Shown: in pieces, positions 35,472-44,538 of the stretch
How the letters are laid out: each line of letters starts with the position of its first letter
How positions within the stretch are numbered: position 1 is the stretch's first letter
Assembly: GCA_023129115.1 (NCBI GenBank)
Contig: JAGMCR010000017.1
Location: 1 to 64,000 of the forward strand
Direction: 5' to 3'
Length of the DNA: 64,000 nt
Source: Candidatus Iainarchaeum sp.
Lineage (GTDB): Archaea; B1Sed10-29; WALL01
Notes under the pieces: model-generated
Seen by the model: only the letters and a program-made list of their open reading frames with translations
The model's database searches: none
What the model was told of the DNA's origin: nothing
Translations under genes and position numbers: made by a program

Positions 35472-36680
35472 ATGGCCTGGGCAGAGGATTTCGCCCCACA
35501 AACGCTCAAGGAAGTCGCGGGCAACCCCAGCGCAGTCGAAGACATCGAGAGCTGGGCCAAGCGCCCGAAGGGCGCACTCTTGCTCGCCGGCCCGCCAGGC
35601 TCCGGCAAAACCGCCGCAGCCATCGCCCTCGCCGCGGACATGGACTGGGAGCTATTCGAATTGAACGCGAGCGACCTGCGCAGCAAAAAAGTCCTGGAAA
35701 AAGTCGCGGGCCTCGCCAGCGTGTCCGCCACATTCTCCGGGAAAAAGCGCATGATTCTCTTCGACGAAATCGACGGCCTGTTCCGCGTGGACTACGGCGG
35801 CGCAGGCGCAGTGCTCAACATCATCCGCAACTCGGCGTGCCCAATCGTCTTGACGGCGAACGACGAGTACGCCAAAAACATTTCTTCCATCCGAAAGGAA
35901 TCCAAGGTGGTCAAGTTCAAGAAAGTCCATTACGCCACCATCAAGCACGTCCTCGAAAAAATATGCAAAGAAAAAAAGGTCTCTTGCGACGCCAAGGCCC
36001 TCGAGACAATCGCGAAGGCGAACCACGGCGACCTCAAGGCCGCAATCAACGACCTGCAGGCGCTCGCCGTCGGGAAGCGAGCCCTGCACGAGGACGACGT
36101 GCTTTTGTCCGACCGCGACAGGGAGGGCAGCATCTTCAGCGCCATGCTCACGGTCTTCAAGACCACTCACTACGAAAAGGCCAAGGCCGCGTTTGATTCG
36201 GTCCAAGAAGACCCAGACCTGTTCATGAAGTGGGTGGACGAGAACATCCCACGCGAGTACAAGGAGCCCGAGGACCTCGCCAACGCCTTCAACGCCTTGT
36301 CCCGCGCGGACTTCTACGCGGCGGGCATCTACCGCCGGCAGAACTGGTCGCTCATGAAGTTCCAGATAGCGATGATGACTGCGGGAGTCGCCATGGCCAA
36401 GAAGGAAAAGTACCACGGCTTCACCTCGTACCAGTTCCCAACGTTCATCCGCAAGCTCTTTGCCACGAAAGGAAAGCGCGCCGCGAGAAAAAGCGCGGCA
36501 AAGAAAATCGGCCACGAAATCCACGCGAGCCCCCACGAAGTCCTCACAGACCACTGGCCGTACCTCCGCCTCCTCGCCAAGAAAAACCCGGCCGGCTACG
36601 CAGAGACCTTCGGCCTCGACGAAAAAGAACTGCAGTCCCTAGGCGTGACCGAGGCGGCCGCGAGGAAGGCGGTGAAATGA
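35472..36680 (+). CDS. rfcL: Replication factor C large subunit
   Basis: [23 protein letters not shown] and LSRAD motifs. Confidence 0.93.
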   Translation: MAWAEDFAPQTLKEVAGNPSAVEDIESWAKRPKGALLLAGPPGSGKTAAAIALAADMDWELFELNASDLRSKKVLEKVAGLASVSATFSGKKRMILFDEIDGLFRVDYGGAGAVLNIIRNSACPIVLTANDEYAKNISSIRKESKVVKFKKVHYATIKHVLEKICKEKKVSCDAKALETIAKANHGDLKAAINDLQALAVGKRALHEDDVLLSDRDREGSIFSAMLTVFKTTHYEKAKAAFDSVQEDPDLFMKWVDENIPREYKEPEDLANAFNALSRADFYAAGIYRRQNWSLMKFQIAMMTAGVAMAKKEKYHGFTSYQFPTFIRKLFATKGKRAARKSAAKKIGHEIHASPHEVLTDHWPYLRLLAKKNPAGYAETFGLDEKELQSLGVTEAAARKAVK

Positions 36681-37465
36681 CCAAGTCACTGAAGCTCGTC
36701 TCAATCCCGGAAAGCTCTTACAACATCGACAAGATAGTCGAAATCATCGAGAACGAAAAGTCCGAGCACCCCATGCTCGTGGTGCTGCCGGAGTATTTCC
36801 ACACCAAGCAAAAGAGCAAGCTCAACGAGAGGGACAGGGAAACGAACAAAGCCCTGCGGATTGAGAACAGCATGGTCGTGGCAGACGACCCCACGGTAAA
36901 GGCCAACATGGAAAAGCTCGTCAAGGCCGCGAGGGAAAACAACGCCCACATTTTTTTCTCAGGCACGGAGAGAATCGGGAAGCTGGGCTTCCCAACGTCT
37001 GGCTTCATCGTGGTCCCCTCCGAAAAAGAGCCGTCAGTCGCAGTCGTGAGGCGAAAAATCGTCGAGTCCGGAAACGAAGGCCCGAGGTCAATCAAGACCA
37101 TCAGAATTGCGGGCTTCAACGTGCTGCCACTGATATGTGAGGACGTCCTCTCGCTCGACTGGGCCAAGAAGCCCCAAAAAATAAGAAAAGCGGACATAGT
37201 TGCGGTCTCCGCCCATAACTATTCGGCTGGGGGCTCCACGCGAACCAGCCTAGAAAAGGCCTACGCGGACGTCAAGAGGAACCTGAAGGTCACCGCTGGA
37301 GCAGCACTAGTGATGGCCGACAGCGCCACCCGCGCCACAAAGTCATTCATCCCATGGGGGAAGAAGAAGAGCCCTGACCCGGACGGCATCTACGCCCCCG
37401 GAAAGAAGTCGGAGTGGAAGGAGCACAGGGGCGTCTCGTACTTCACCCACATCCACCGCAAATAG
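36677..37465 (+). CDS. Divergent carbon-nitrogen hydrolase (nitrilase fold)
   Basis: Glu-Lys-Cys triad motifs VVLPEY, RRKI and PLICED. Confidence 0.65.
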   Translation: MTKSLKLVSIPESSYNIDKIVEIIENEKSEHPMLVVLPEYFHTKQKSKLNERDRETNKALRIENSMVVADDPTVKANMEKLVKAARENNAHIFFSGTERIGKLGFPTSGFIVVPSEKEPSVAVVRRKIVESGNEGPRSIKTIRIAGFNVLPLICEDVLSLDWAKKPQKIRKADIVAVSAHNYSAGGSTRTSLEKAYADVKRNLKVTAGAALVMADSATRATKSFIPWGKKKSPDPDGIYAPGKKSEWKEHRGVSYFTHIHRK

Positions 37466-37516
37466 GCGTTAGCTTTATAAGTCGCCCGTGTTTTGTAGTC
37501 TTTGAGGTGAACCTCC

Positions 37517-38221
37517 ATGGTATTAGATTTAGCTGTATTACAAACCAAATTGTTAGACGTAGTAATTAGCCTGGTCATCGGGTTAGGGTGGCTTGTCATA
37601 GGTTACGTTGTTGCAGTAATCTTGGAAACCGTCCTGAAGCGTGCCTTCACCCGCTCCGGGATGGATGAAAAGCTCACTGCACGAGGCATGGGCGGAGCTC
37701 TAATAGGGCTCACGCTTAGTGGATTTATCACGGGAATCGTCAAGTGGACTGTATTCCTCATGTTCCTGGCAGCGTCCGTGAACGTAATCGAGAAGGCACT
37801 CCTCGCGGTTAGCGGGGGAATCGCACAGCCAATCCTCGCCCCGTTCCTGTCAAACCTTGCCGGGTATATAGTGCCGTTCTTCCAGGGAATCGTCATACTT
37901 ATTGCCGGTTTCTTGCTGGCTGACTACCTGGCAAACGGAATCAGGACAGGCATGAAGACGCAAGCCAACGTTCTTGCAGCAGCCGTGAAAATAATTGTGA
38001 TTTACTTCACGGTGACCATCGCGCTGAGCCACGAGGCATTCAACATCGACATTACCATCATAACGGATGTCTTCCAGTACCTCGTGATGGCGGTTGCACT
38101 GGGCGTCGGCGGAGGCACGGCAATTGCCTTGGGCCTTGGCTTGAAGGACTCGGTTTCGCGCATTGCGAAGAAGCACGAGGCAAGCACAGAGCGGGCGCTC
38201 ATGGGAAAAATCAAGAGGTAA
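37517..38221 (+). CDS. Conserved TM-helix (MscS/CmpX-like) membrane protein
   Basis: Repeated TM helices; C-terminal AIALGLG. Confidence 0.75.
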   Translation: MVLDLAVLQTKLLDVVISLVIGLGWLVIGYVVAVILETVLKRAFTRSGMDEKLTARGMGGALIGLTLSGFITGIVKWTVFLMFLAASVNVIEKALLAVSGGIAQPILAPFLSNLAGYIVPFFQGIVILIAGFLLADYLANGIRTGMKTQANVLAAAVKIIVIYFTVTIALSHEAFNIDITIITDVFQYLVMAVALGVGGGTAIALGLGLKDSVSRIAKKHEASTERALMGKIKR

Positions 38222-39818
38222 GCGCCTCAAGACTGGCCTCGAAAGCCGCAACAGGCAAGTCCACCCCGAAGTTCGCGAGGGCTTCCGGGTGGATTTCGCC
38301 GACCACCCCTACTTCTTTTTTGTTCACAACAACAGCCGCGGACCTCCCCCCGAGGAATGACGGGTGCTTCACCGCCTTGAACGACGGCTCGTAACCCAGC
38401 GAAAGCAATAGCGACTCCACCAGCGACTTCGCCTCGGTAAAGTCCGCGCGCGCGTTGCACGACACCGCGGCCACTTTCTGCTCTTCCTTCAGTGACTTCC
38501 TGCTCTCCACCACGCGGCCAATGTCGAACAGCCTCTGCGGGTAGTCGTAGTGCTTGTTCTCCGACAAAATCTGGAGCAGCCCAGGCAGCAGCGAATTCCT
38601 CACCGCGTTATAATTAACATTGACGGGGTTCTTCGCCATCACCAGTTCCGCTGGCGCCCTCATCTTCGCGGGCGCCTCGGCAGGAGTCAAGTGGTAAGTG
38701 TTGCACTCCAGGAACCCGAACCCCGCAAGCGCCTCCGCCACCTTCCTCTCCACAATCGCCTCTCTCCCCTCGCCACCAATCGTGGAAATCTGCGGAATCA
38801 CGGGCTCGAAGTTCTCGTACCCGTAGGCAATCGCGATGTCCTCCACCAGGTCAATCGGGTGGAGCACGTCCGTCCGGTACGCCGGCACCAATACGTCCTT
38901 CCCCTCAACGCCGTACCTCATCTTCTCGAGCAATTTCTTCGCCTGCCCCCAATCCAGGCTAAGCCCAAGCAAGGAATTGCAGTAGCCCAGGTCAAGCCGC
39001 ATCTTCCGCGGCTCCATGTTCGGCGTCGCCGAGTCCCCGAACTGTACCAGGTATGCCTCCCCGCCCGCGTCAGCGAGCTGCGCCACGATTATGTGCAGCG
39101 CCTGCTCGACCACGCGCCTGTTCAGGCCGGTCACGTCAATGAGCACTCCCTTCGTGTCAGGGGTAACCGCTGTCTCGGCGCTGTTGATGATGGGCGGCAG
39201 CGAAAGCACCTGCCCCCTCGCGTCAATCCAAATCGGGTAAAGGTTCGTCCCCGCCAGCAAGTGCGCGTAGTCCTTGCCCTTGGGGTGCTCCCGGAGTATC
39301 TCGCTGACGGTCATTTCCCTCCGGTACTCCAGCGGCACGAACTTGAAGTCGCCGCGCACGGTTGTGTACTTCACCGGGAACTCAATAGCGTCCAGGTCAT
39401 AAACCCCAATCGAGGCGAGCTTCCTGTTGCGCGAGTGTGTCGTGTGCAGCTTTTCCTGCATCTGCATCAAGGAAACCAAGGTCTCCTCGTCAATCGAGAC
39501 TCCCTTCACCACCGCAGCCACAACGTGCTCGCGCACGCCCGCCACCGACTTGTCCACGACCGCGGCATATCCCGCGCTGTCCACTTTGTACTTCGCGAGC
39601 CCGGTCTCAATCCCGAGGAACCCGCGCAGCGCGCGGGCCAACCCCTCTTCCGACAGCAGGTCCGGCCGGTTCGGGAAGGCCTCGATGGTCCACGTGTCGC
39701 CGTCCATCTTCTCGACGACCGCACCCATCATGGCGATGCGGTCGGCTAGCTTCTCGTCACTAATCGGCCTGCCAATCCTCTTCACGAGCTTGTCCTTGCT
39801 TACCTCGAAAGTCGGCAT
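38211..39818 (-). CDS. pheT: Phenylalanyl-tRNA synthetase beta subunit
   Basis: PNRPDLLS, SLPPIINS, PAYRTDVLHPIDLVEDIAI and GEIHP motifs. Confidence 0.97.
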   Translation of the reverse strand: MPTFEVSKDKLVKRIGRPISDEKLADRIAMMGAVVEKMDGDTWTIEAFPNRPDLLSEEGLARALRGFLGIETGLAKYKVDSAGYAAVVDKSVAGVREHVVAAVVKGVSIDEETLVSLMQMQEKLHTTHSRNRKLASIGVYDLDAIEFPVKYTTVRGDFKFVPLEYRREMTVSEILREHPKGKDYAHLLAGTNLYPIWIDARGQVLSLPPIINSAETAVTPDTKGVLIDVTGLNRRVVEQALHIIVAQLADAGGEAYLVQFGDSATPNMEPRKMRLDLGYCNSLLGLSLDWGQAKKLLEKMRYGVEGKDVLVPAYRTDVLHPIDLVEDIAIAYGYENFEPVIPQISTIGGEGREAIVERKVAEALAGFGFLECNTYHLTPAEAPAKMRAPAELVMAKNPVNVNYNAVRNSLLPGLLQILSENKHYDYPQRLFDIGRVVESRKSLKEEQKVAAVSCNARADFTEAKSLVESLLLSLGYEPSFKAVKHPSFLGGRSAAVVVNKKEVGVVGEIHPEALANFGVDLPVAAFEASLEALTS

Positions 39819-41302
39819 TATCCCTTCATCCAGTGCTTGATTGTCCGCAGCTGCTGCACGTCGTTCTTGTACAGCTCGCGGATGTCATTAATTGCGTAAT
39901 AGTCCATGATTATCCTGTCGAAGCCCGGCCCCCACGCAAGAACCGGAATGTCCTCGCCAAGCAGCGGCTCGACCACTTCGGGCCTGAAGATTCCCGCGCC
40001 GCCCAATTCAATCCACTCCCCCTTTGGGTGCAGCACGTCAATCTCGATGCTCATCTCAGTGTACGGGAAATAAGCCGGCCTGAACCGCGCCTCCGCAAAC
40101 CCCAATTTTCCGAAGAACTGCTTCAAATAGCCAAGCAAGTTCTTGAAGTTCACGTCCGGGTCCACCACGATGCCCTCTACTTGGTTGAACTCGAACAGGT
40201 GCGCCCAGTCCAGCGCCTCGTTCCTGAAGCACCGGCCCACAGAAAAGAATTTCGCGGGGAAATCATCATTCTTCAGCGCGGCAATCGTCCGCGCGCTCAG
40301 CACCGTGGTGTGCGTCCGCAGCACCCTCTTCTTCGCCACGTCCGGGCTCCACGCGTAGTCCCATCCAATCGAGTCGCGGATTCCGATTTCGTGCGCCTCG
40401 CGAACCCGCTCCACGAGCGCGTTGTCCGGGAGGCTCCCCGCCTCCGGGTCGACGAAGAAAGTGTCCTGCATCTCGCGCACCGGGTGCTCCTGCGAAGTGA
40501 ACAATGCGTCGAAGTTCCAGAACGAAGTGTTAATCAGCGGCCCCTCCATCTCCTTGAAGCCCATCTCGAGCCACACCTTGCGGACATAGTCGGTCGCCTG
40601 CTTCACGAAGTGCCGCCTGCCGGGGTAAATCCTTGGCACCACTGCCCCGACCTCGTACGGCCTGAACTTTGTCTTTTTCCAGGAGCCGTCCCGAATCATC
40701 TTCGGCGTCAGCAGGTTGGCCTCGGCGTTCAGCTTAAGCCCTTTTTTCACGAGCTTCTTCGCCTCCGCCGTGGGACTAATCGTCCTCTCGGCCTGCTCGG
40801 TCACTTTTATCAGGCCGCCCCTGGACCCAAGCATCTTCACGGCTTCTGCCGGGACTTTCTTGCCCTTCGCAATGTCGGCAAGCGCGTCCTCGTCAGAAGT
40901 CTTTTTCTTCAGCGCCTTTTTGCCGTGCTCGGTGAGCTTGAGCTCGCCGCCCGCTGCCGTGGCGAGCCTTTTCTTCGTGAGCCAGGTCATGGCAATCCCG
41001 AACTTTTTTTCGCCGAGCTTTTTCTTGAGTTCGGCCATGCTTGCCTTGCCAGCCTTGAACAGCTTCAGTGCCTGCCGCTCGGGCAGGCCTTCTTTGAGGT
41101 ATTCCTCCCCTTCCTTGCCGAGCGCGACTTTTTCTGTCTTTTTCTCGTCAATCCTGACGAGGCCCTTGGACAGCAGCCACAGCGACGCGTGCGACACGCT
41201 GTCGCTCTTGAGGCCTGCCGCCTTCGCCAGCTCTTCCTGGCCCATCGGCTTCTTCAGCGCAACCAGAATGGCTTTCTCGTGCTCGTGAAGTGAGTAGCCC
41301 AT
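39818..41302 (-). CDS. pheS: Phenylalanyl-tRNA synthetase alpha subunit
   Basis: WNFDALF, HPVREMQDTF, LRTHTT, FRNE, YFPYTE and GAGIFRPE motifs. Confidence 0.97.
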   Translation of the reverse strand: MGYSLHEHEKAILVALKKPMGQEELAKAAGLKSDSVSHASLWLLSKGLVRIDEKKTEKVALGKEGEEYLKEGLPERQALKLFKAGKASMAELKKKLGEKKFGIAMTWLTKKRLATAAGGELKLTEHGKKALKKKTSDEDALADIAKGKKVPAEAVKMLGSRGGLIKVTEQAERTISPTAEAKKLVKKGLKLNAEANLLTPKMIRDGSWKKTKFRPYEVGAVVPRIYPGRRHFVKQATDYVRKVWLEMGFKEMEGPLINTSFWNFDALFTSQEHPVREMQDTFFVDPEAGSLPDNALVERVREAHEIGIRDSIGWDYAWSPDVAKKRVLRTHTTVLSARTIAALKNDDFPAKFFSVGRCFRNEALDWAHLFEFNQVEGIVVDPDVNFKNLLGYLKQFFGKLGFAEARFRPAYFPYTEMSIEIDVLHPKGEWIELGGAGIFRPEVVEPLLGEDIPVLAWGPGFDRIIMDYYAINDIRELYKNDVQQLRTIKHWMKG

Positions 41303-41341
41303 AAGGTAGGTTCTTATAGCCGTCGTCCATTAATATGCTTT

Positions 41342-41680
41342 ATGCCGGTGCTTGACGCCGCAGCAATCATAAACGCCAAGCTGGCGGAAGGCGTGACAGT
41401 GCCCGAAGTCCTTGGCGAGCTCAAGGACTTCGAGTCCAGGGAACTCGCACAGGCAATGGTCTCCGAAGGAAGGCTGAAAGTCCTCTCCCCATCCAAAGAC
41501 TCCGTCGATGCCGTGCGCGACGCGGCGTCCCCCCGCCTCTCGGAGACAGACCTGCAGGTCCTCGCGCTTGGGTTCGAGCTAAAAGAAGAAATAGTCACCG
41601 ACGACTATTCGCTCCAGGCCTCGGCCAAGCGGCTCGGGCTGAAGTTCCGCCCCGTAATCTTCGAGGGAATCACTCACTGA
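41342..41680 (+). CDS. nob1: Nob1-like PIN endonuclease (short)
   Basis: VLDAAA, LSETD and VTDDYSLQ motifs; no Zn ribbon. Confidence 0.75.
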   Translation: MPVLDAAAIINAKLAEGVTVPEVLGELKDFESRELAQAMVSEGRLKVLSPSKDSVDAVRDAASPRLSETDLQVLALGFELKEEIVTDDYSLQASAKRLGLKFRPVIFEGITH

Positions 41681-42452
41681 ACTCTTCCTCTAGCACGGGC
41701 TCGCCCATGAACGACTCGCTCAGCAGAATGCCGATTTCCTTGCGGTACCACACCACCATGGCGAGCAAAATCAATCCCGCAATCATGTAGACGGGGTTGC
41801 CGTACTTCTCCCGGATTTCGCTGGTTATGCTGCGGAGCGAGAGCTGGCTCTGCAGCGGAATCTCTTTCTCGTACAATACCCGGAACTTGCCGCTAGTGAA
41901 CGGCTTCTTGTAGTTCCACTCGTAGTAAGTCACTTTCTGGCCGCTGGCGTCGAGCCCCGGCGCAGTGGAATAGGCCGGCGGCGTGACCTCTCTCGCGAGC
42001 CGCAGCGTGATTGGCATCCCGATTTTGAGCGTCGTCGGTGGGTCGTACGGCAGCGAAATCGTGCTGCCGTCAAAGAAAGTGAACGCGTTTTCGGTGATTC
42101 CCGTCAATTCCTGCTTCCCGACTTTCTCGACGGCCTCTACAACCTCGGGCACGGTGTACTGCAGCACCACGACGCCGAAGTCGGACTGTGTCAATTCCAT
42201 CACGACGTTCTCGTCAGTGGTCTCGTAAGTAATCACTTTCGAAATCCCGTACGCGCCGAGGTCCGGGAAGCTCGCGCCGTCCTTCACGAGCGCCTCGAAC
42301 TCCTTTCCCTCGCCGCTGTCCAGCCGCAGGAAATACTCCTGCTCAACGTAGGCAGACCCGTCCTCGTGCAGGCCTATCCTGATCTCGTGGTCAATCACCT
42401 GCGCGGCTAGGCAAGTCGAAATAATCAGCAGCAAGGCAAGCACGCGCTTCAT
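41670..42452 (-). CDS. Secreted protein with C-terminal membrane anchor
   Basis: Signal peptide MKRVLALLLIISTCLA and C-terminal TM helix. Confidence 0.72.
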   Translation of the reverse strand: MKRVLALLLIISTCLAAQVIDHEIRIGLHEDGSAYVEQEYFLRLDSGEGKEFEALVKDGASFPDLGAYGISKVITYETTDENVVMELTQSDFGVVVLQYTVPEVVEAVEKVGKQELTGITENAFTFFDGSTISLPYDPPTTLKIGMPITLRLAREVTPPAYSTAPGLDASGQKVTYYEWNYKKPFTSGKFRVLYEKEIPLQSQLSLRSITSEIREKYGNPVYMIAGLILLAMVVWYRKEIGILLSESFMGEPVLEEEFSE

Positions 42453-42520
42453 TGCCATAAATAGCGGTATTGTTGTATTTATGGGTATGGCTTTTATTGT
42501 TGTAACCCCTAACTATCGCT

Positions 42521-43129
42521 GTGGTCGAGAAAGTCGAGAAACGAAGGGAGATAACGTCGCTGTACAGGCGGATTGGCCAGCACGGAAAAATAACCCATTT
42601 GCAGAAGGCCCTGGAGGAAGCCAAGCCGGAAAGGGAGCTGGCTTTCCTCAAGTTCGTCGACAAGCACGTTGGCACAATTCCCGAGGACCACAAGCCGACC
42701 ATCTGCTTTCACGGCCTTGCAAAGCCCCTGTTAACACTCGAAAAAGACGAGGACTTTGACGCCGTGTTATTTTTGGTCGGCAAGCAGCTTTCCTCGTTTC
42801 CCGGGGACAGGAAAATTGATGTAATCTATGGCCTCGAACCCATGGTCGGCCAGTTGTCCAAGTTCCAAAAAACTGGGAGAGTCTCTCGCATGGTGCGCTT
42901 CTTGAACACGCATTTGCAGTCCATACCCCAAGAAAACAAGGAGAGGGTGCTGCAAACCACGCCCCACACAATTAATTCCTTTATGCGGCTGGACGAGGAC
43001 CTCTTCCCCACGGCTTTGGGCATAGCCGACAAGCACTTTGCCTCTGTCCCAGACCGCAACAAGGCGTCCGTCTTCACGAGCGACTTACCAAAGATATGCG
43101 ATATGCTTTACGGCCTCTACAGAAAATGA
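42521..43129 (+). CDS. Hypothetical helical-repeat protein
   Basis: Four ~40-aa repeats (see findings). Confidence 0.6.
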   Translation: MVEKVEKRREITSLYRRIGQHGKITHLQKALEEAKPERELAFLKFVDKHVGTIPEDHKPTICFHGLAKPLLTLEKDEDFDAVLFLVGKQLSSFPGDRKIDVIYGLEPMVGQLSKFQKTGRVSRMVRFLNTHLQSIPQENKERVLQTTPHTINSFMRLDEDLFPTALGIADKHFASVPDRNKASVFTSDLPKICDMLYGLYRK

Positions 43130-43138
43130 CGCGCCAGC

Positions 43139-43537
43139 TTATTCCCGCACCCTCTTCCACACTGCTTCAAGCAGCATCGCGAGCAAGTAAAAATACGTGG
43201 TGAACCAGAACAGGGACCACGCCCAGAAGCCCAATATGGACAATACGTCTCCGTGTATCGCCCCGGCGAAAATCACTATCCCAACTGCCATTAGCAGGCT
43301 CGGCGGCGCGTAAAGCGGGAACGTCACAAAGGAATAGGCCTCCTCCACCGCTTGGTACGCAAAGTACGCTTCCGAGTACTCGGCGAACGCTTCATCACAC
43401 GCAGGGTTTTTTTCGTAAAAGCTGCGCTGGCACTGTGGCTCTGTGGGCCGCAGCAGCATTGGCCCCGCGAATACAACCAAAAGCATTGCCGCCACGAGCA
43501 GCAGCCTCGTTTTGTTCGGTCGCCAGTTAATTTTCAT
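43139..43537 (-). CDS. Hypothetical membrane protein
   Basis: Three hydrophobic segments; ATGA overlap with the upstream gene. Confidence 0.65.
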   Translation of the reverse strand: MKINWRPNKTRLLLVAAMLLVVFAGPMLLRPTEPQCQRSFYEKNPACDEAFAEYSEAYFAYQAVEEAYSFVTFPLYAPPSLLMAVGIVIFAGAIHGDVLSILGFWAWSLFWFTTYFYLLAMLLEAVWKRVRE

Positions 43538-44307
43538 ATCTCTATCTTCATAAACTCGTGTATTACTTTGGTGATATTGGACAAGGTTTCCCTGTAGTCC
43601 TCTTTCGTGAGGCGTGTGTAGTCCTTTTTTCTCTCGCTTCCCTTCTCAGTCACGTAAGAAACTGTGACACTTGGCACTCTTATGAGATGGGCTGACGCCA
43701 CGAGACATGCAGTCTCATAATCCCCATAAACACTTGGCCCTTCATTCTCTGCGAAGGAATCCCAGAGTTCATCCCACAATTCAAACGGGTGCTCCTTGAA
43801 CCTCCCTGGCTTGAGTCCGTAGCGGCTGTAGACCTCGCCACCATGGACCTTCAAGCCCATGCCTCTCGCCACCTGTTTCATCTTCTCGGAAAGGCCTTCA
43901 TCAAACAACTCCGGGTTGCCCGGCACGTTGTTGTCCCTGCAAATCCCACAAAGCTCTATGAAGCTCGGGTCGTCTGAATAGGCTCTCGACGGCACAACTA
44001 AATCGCCAGGTTCTGCTTCTGAACTGCATGTGGCTTGGCAACACCCAAAATAGACAATGAACGGCTTTCCGTCAAATTCTATCAAGTCGTCATAAACCAG
44101 CGATACTCCTAAAGCCTGGTTGTATCCATAGCCACCAAAAAGCGCAAACAGCTTTTTTCCGTTCACTTCAGTTTCATAGAACAAGTCAGCAAAATTCTTG
44201 TGCACGAATTTTTTCTTCATCGCGGCTGCTGGTTCCCCGAAGTCGAACTCTTTCATTAATGTTTCCACCGCCAGCTTATCAGTCCTGGCAGTCATTATGA
44301 CCGGCAT
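43534..44307 (-). CDS. Divergent nucleoside phosphorylase-like (PNP_UDP_1) protein
   Basis: GGYG, VYFGCCQA, PGDLVVP and DYETACL..VPSVTVSYVTE patterns; AT-richer than the core genes. Confidence 0.7.
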   Translation of the reverse strand: MPVIMTARTDKLAVETLMKEFDFGEPAAAMKKKFVHKNFADLFYETEVNGKKLFALFGGYGYNQALGVSLVYDDLIEFDGKPFIVYFGCCQATCSSEAEPGDLVVPSRAYSDDPSFIELCGICRDNNVPGNPELFDEGLSEKMKQVARGMGLKVHGGEVYSRYGLKPGRFKEHPFELWDELWDSFAENEGPSVYGDYETACLVASAHLIRVPSVTVSYVTEKGSERKKDYTRLTKEDYRETLSNITKVIHEFMKIEI

Positions 44308-44311
44308 ACAA

Positions 44312-44425
44312 TCAAATCTCTATCTTCATAAAGTCCTTCGCGACAATAACATTGTCAAACAGCTGGATCTCAGCTGGCACGATAGACTTGGGGGGTGCCA
44401 TTCGGCACCCCCCAGAGGCAGGCAT
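44312..44425 (-). CDS. Putative 37-aa mini-ORF 2
   Basis: TGATG overlap with mini-ORF 1; ends FDNVIVAKDFMKIEI*. Confidence 0.35.
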   Translation of the reverse strand: MPASGGCRMAPPKSIVPAEIQLFDNVIVAKDFMKIEI

Positions 44426-44538
44426 CAAATCTCCAGCCTCATAAAGTCCTTCGCGACAATAACATTGTCAAACAGCTGAATCTCAGCTGGCACGATAGAC
44501 TTGGGGGGTGCCATTCGGCACCCCCCAGAGGCAGGCAT
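44425..44538 (-). CDS. Putative 37-aa mini-ORF 1 ending in the RNase Z tail
   Basis: ATG overlaps the rnz stop (TGATG); MPASGGCRMAPPKSIVPAEIQLFDNVIVAKDFMRLEI*. Confidence 0.35.
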   Translation of the reverse strand: MPASGGCRMAPPKSIVPAEIQLFDNVIVAKDFMRLEI

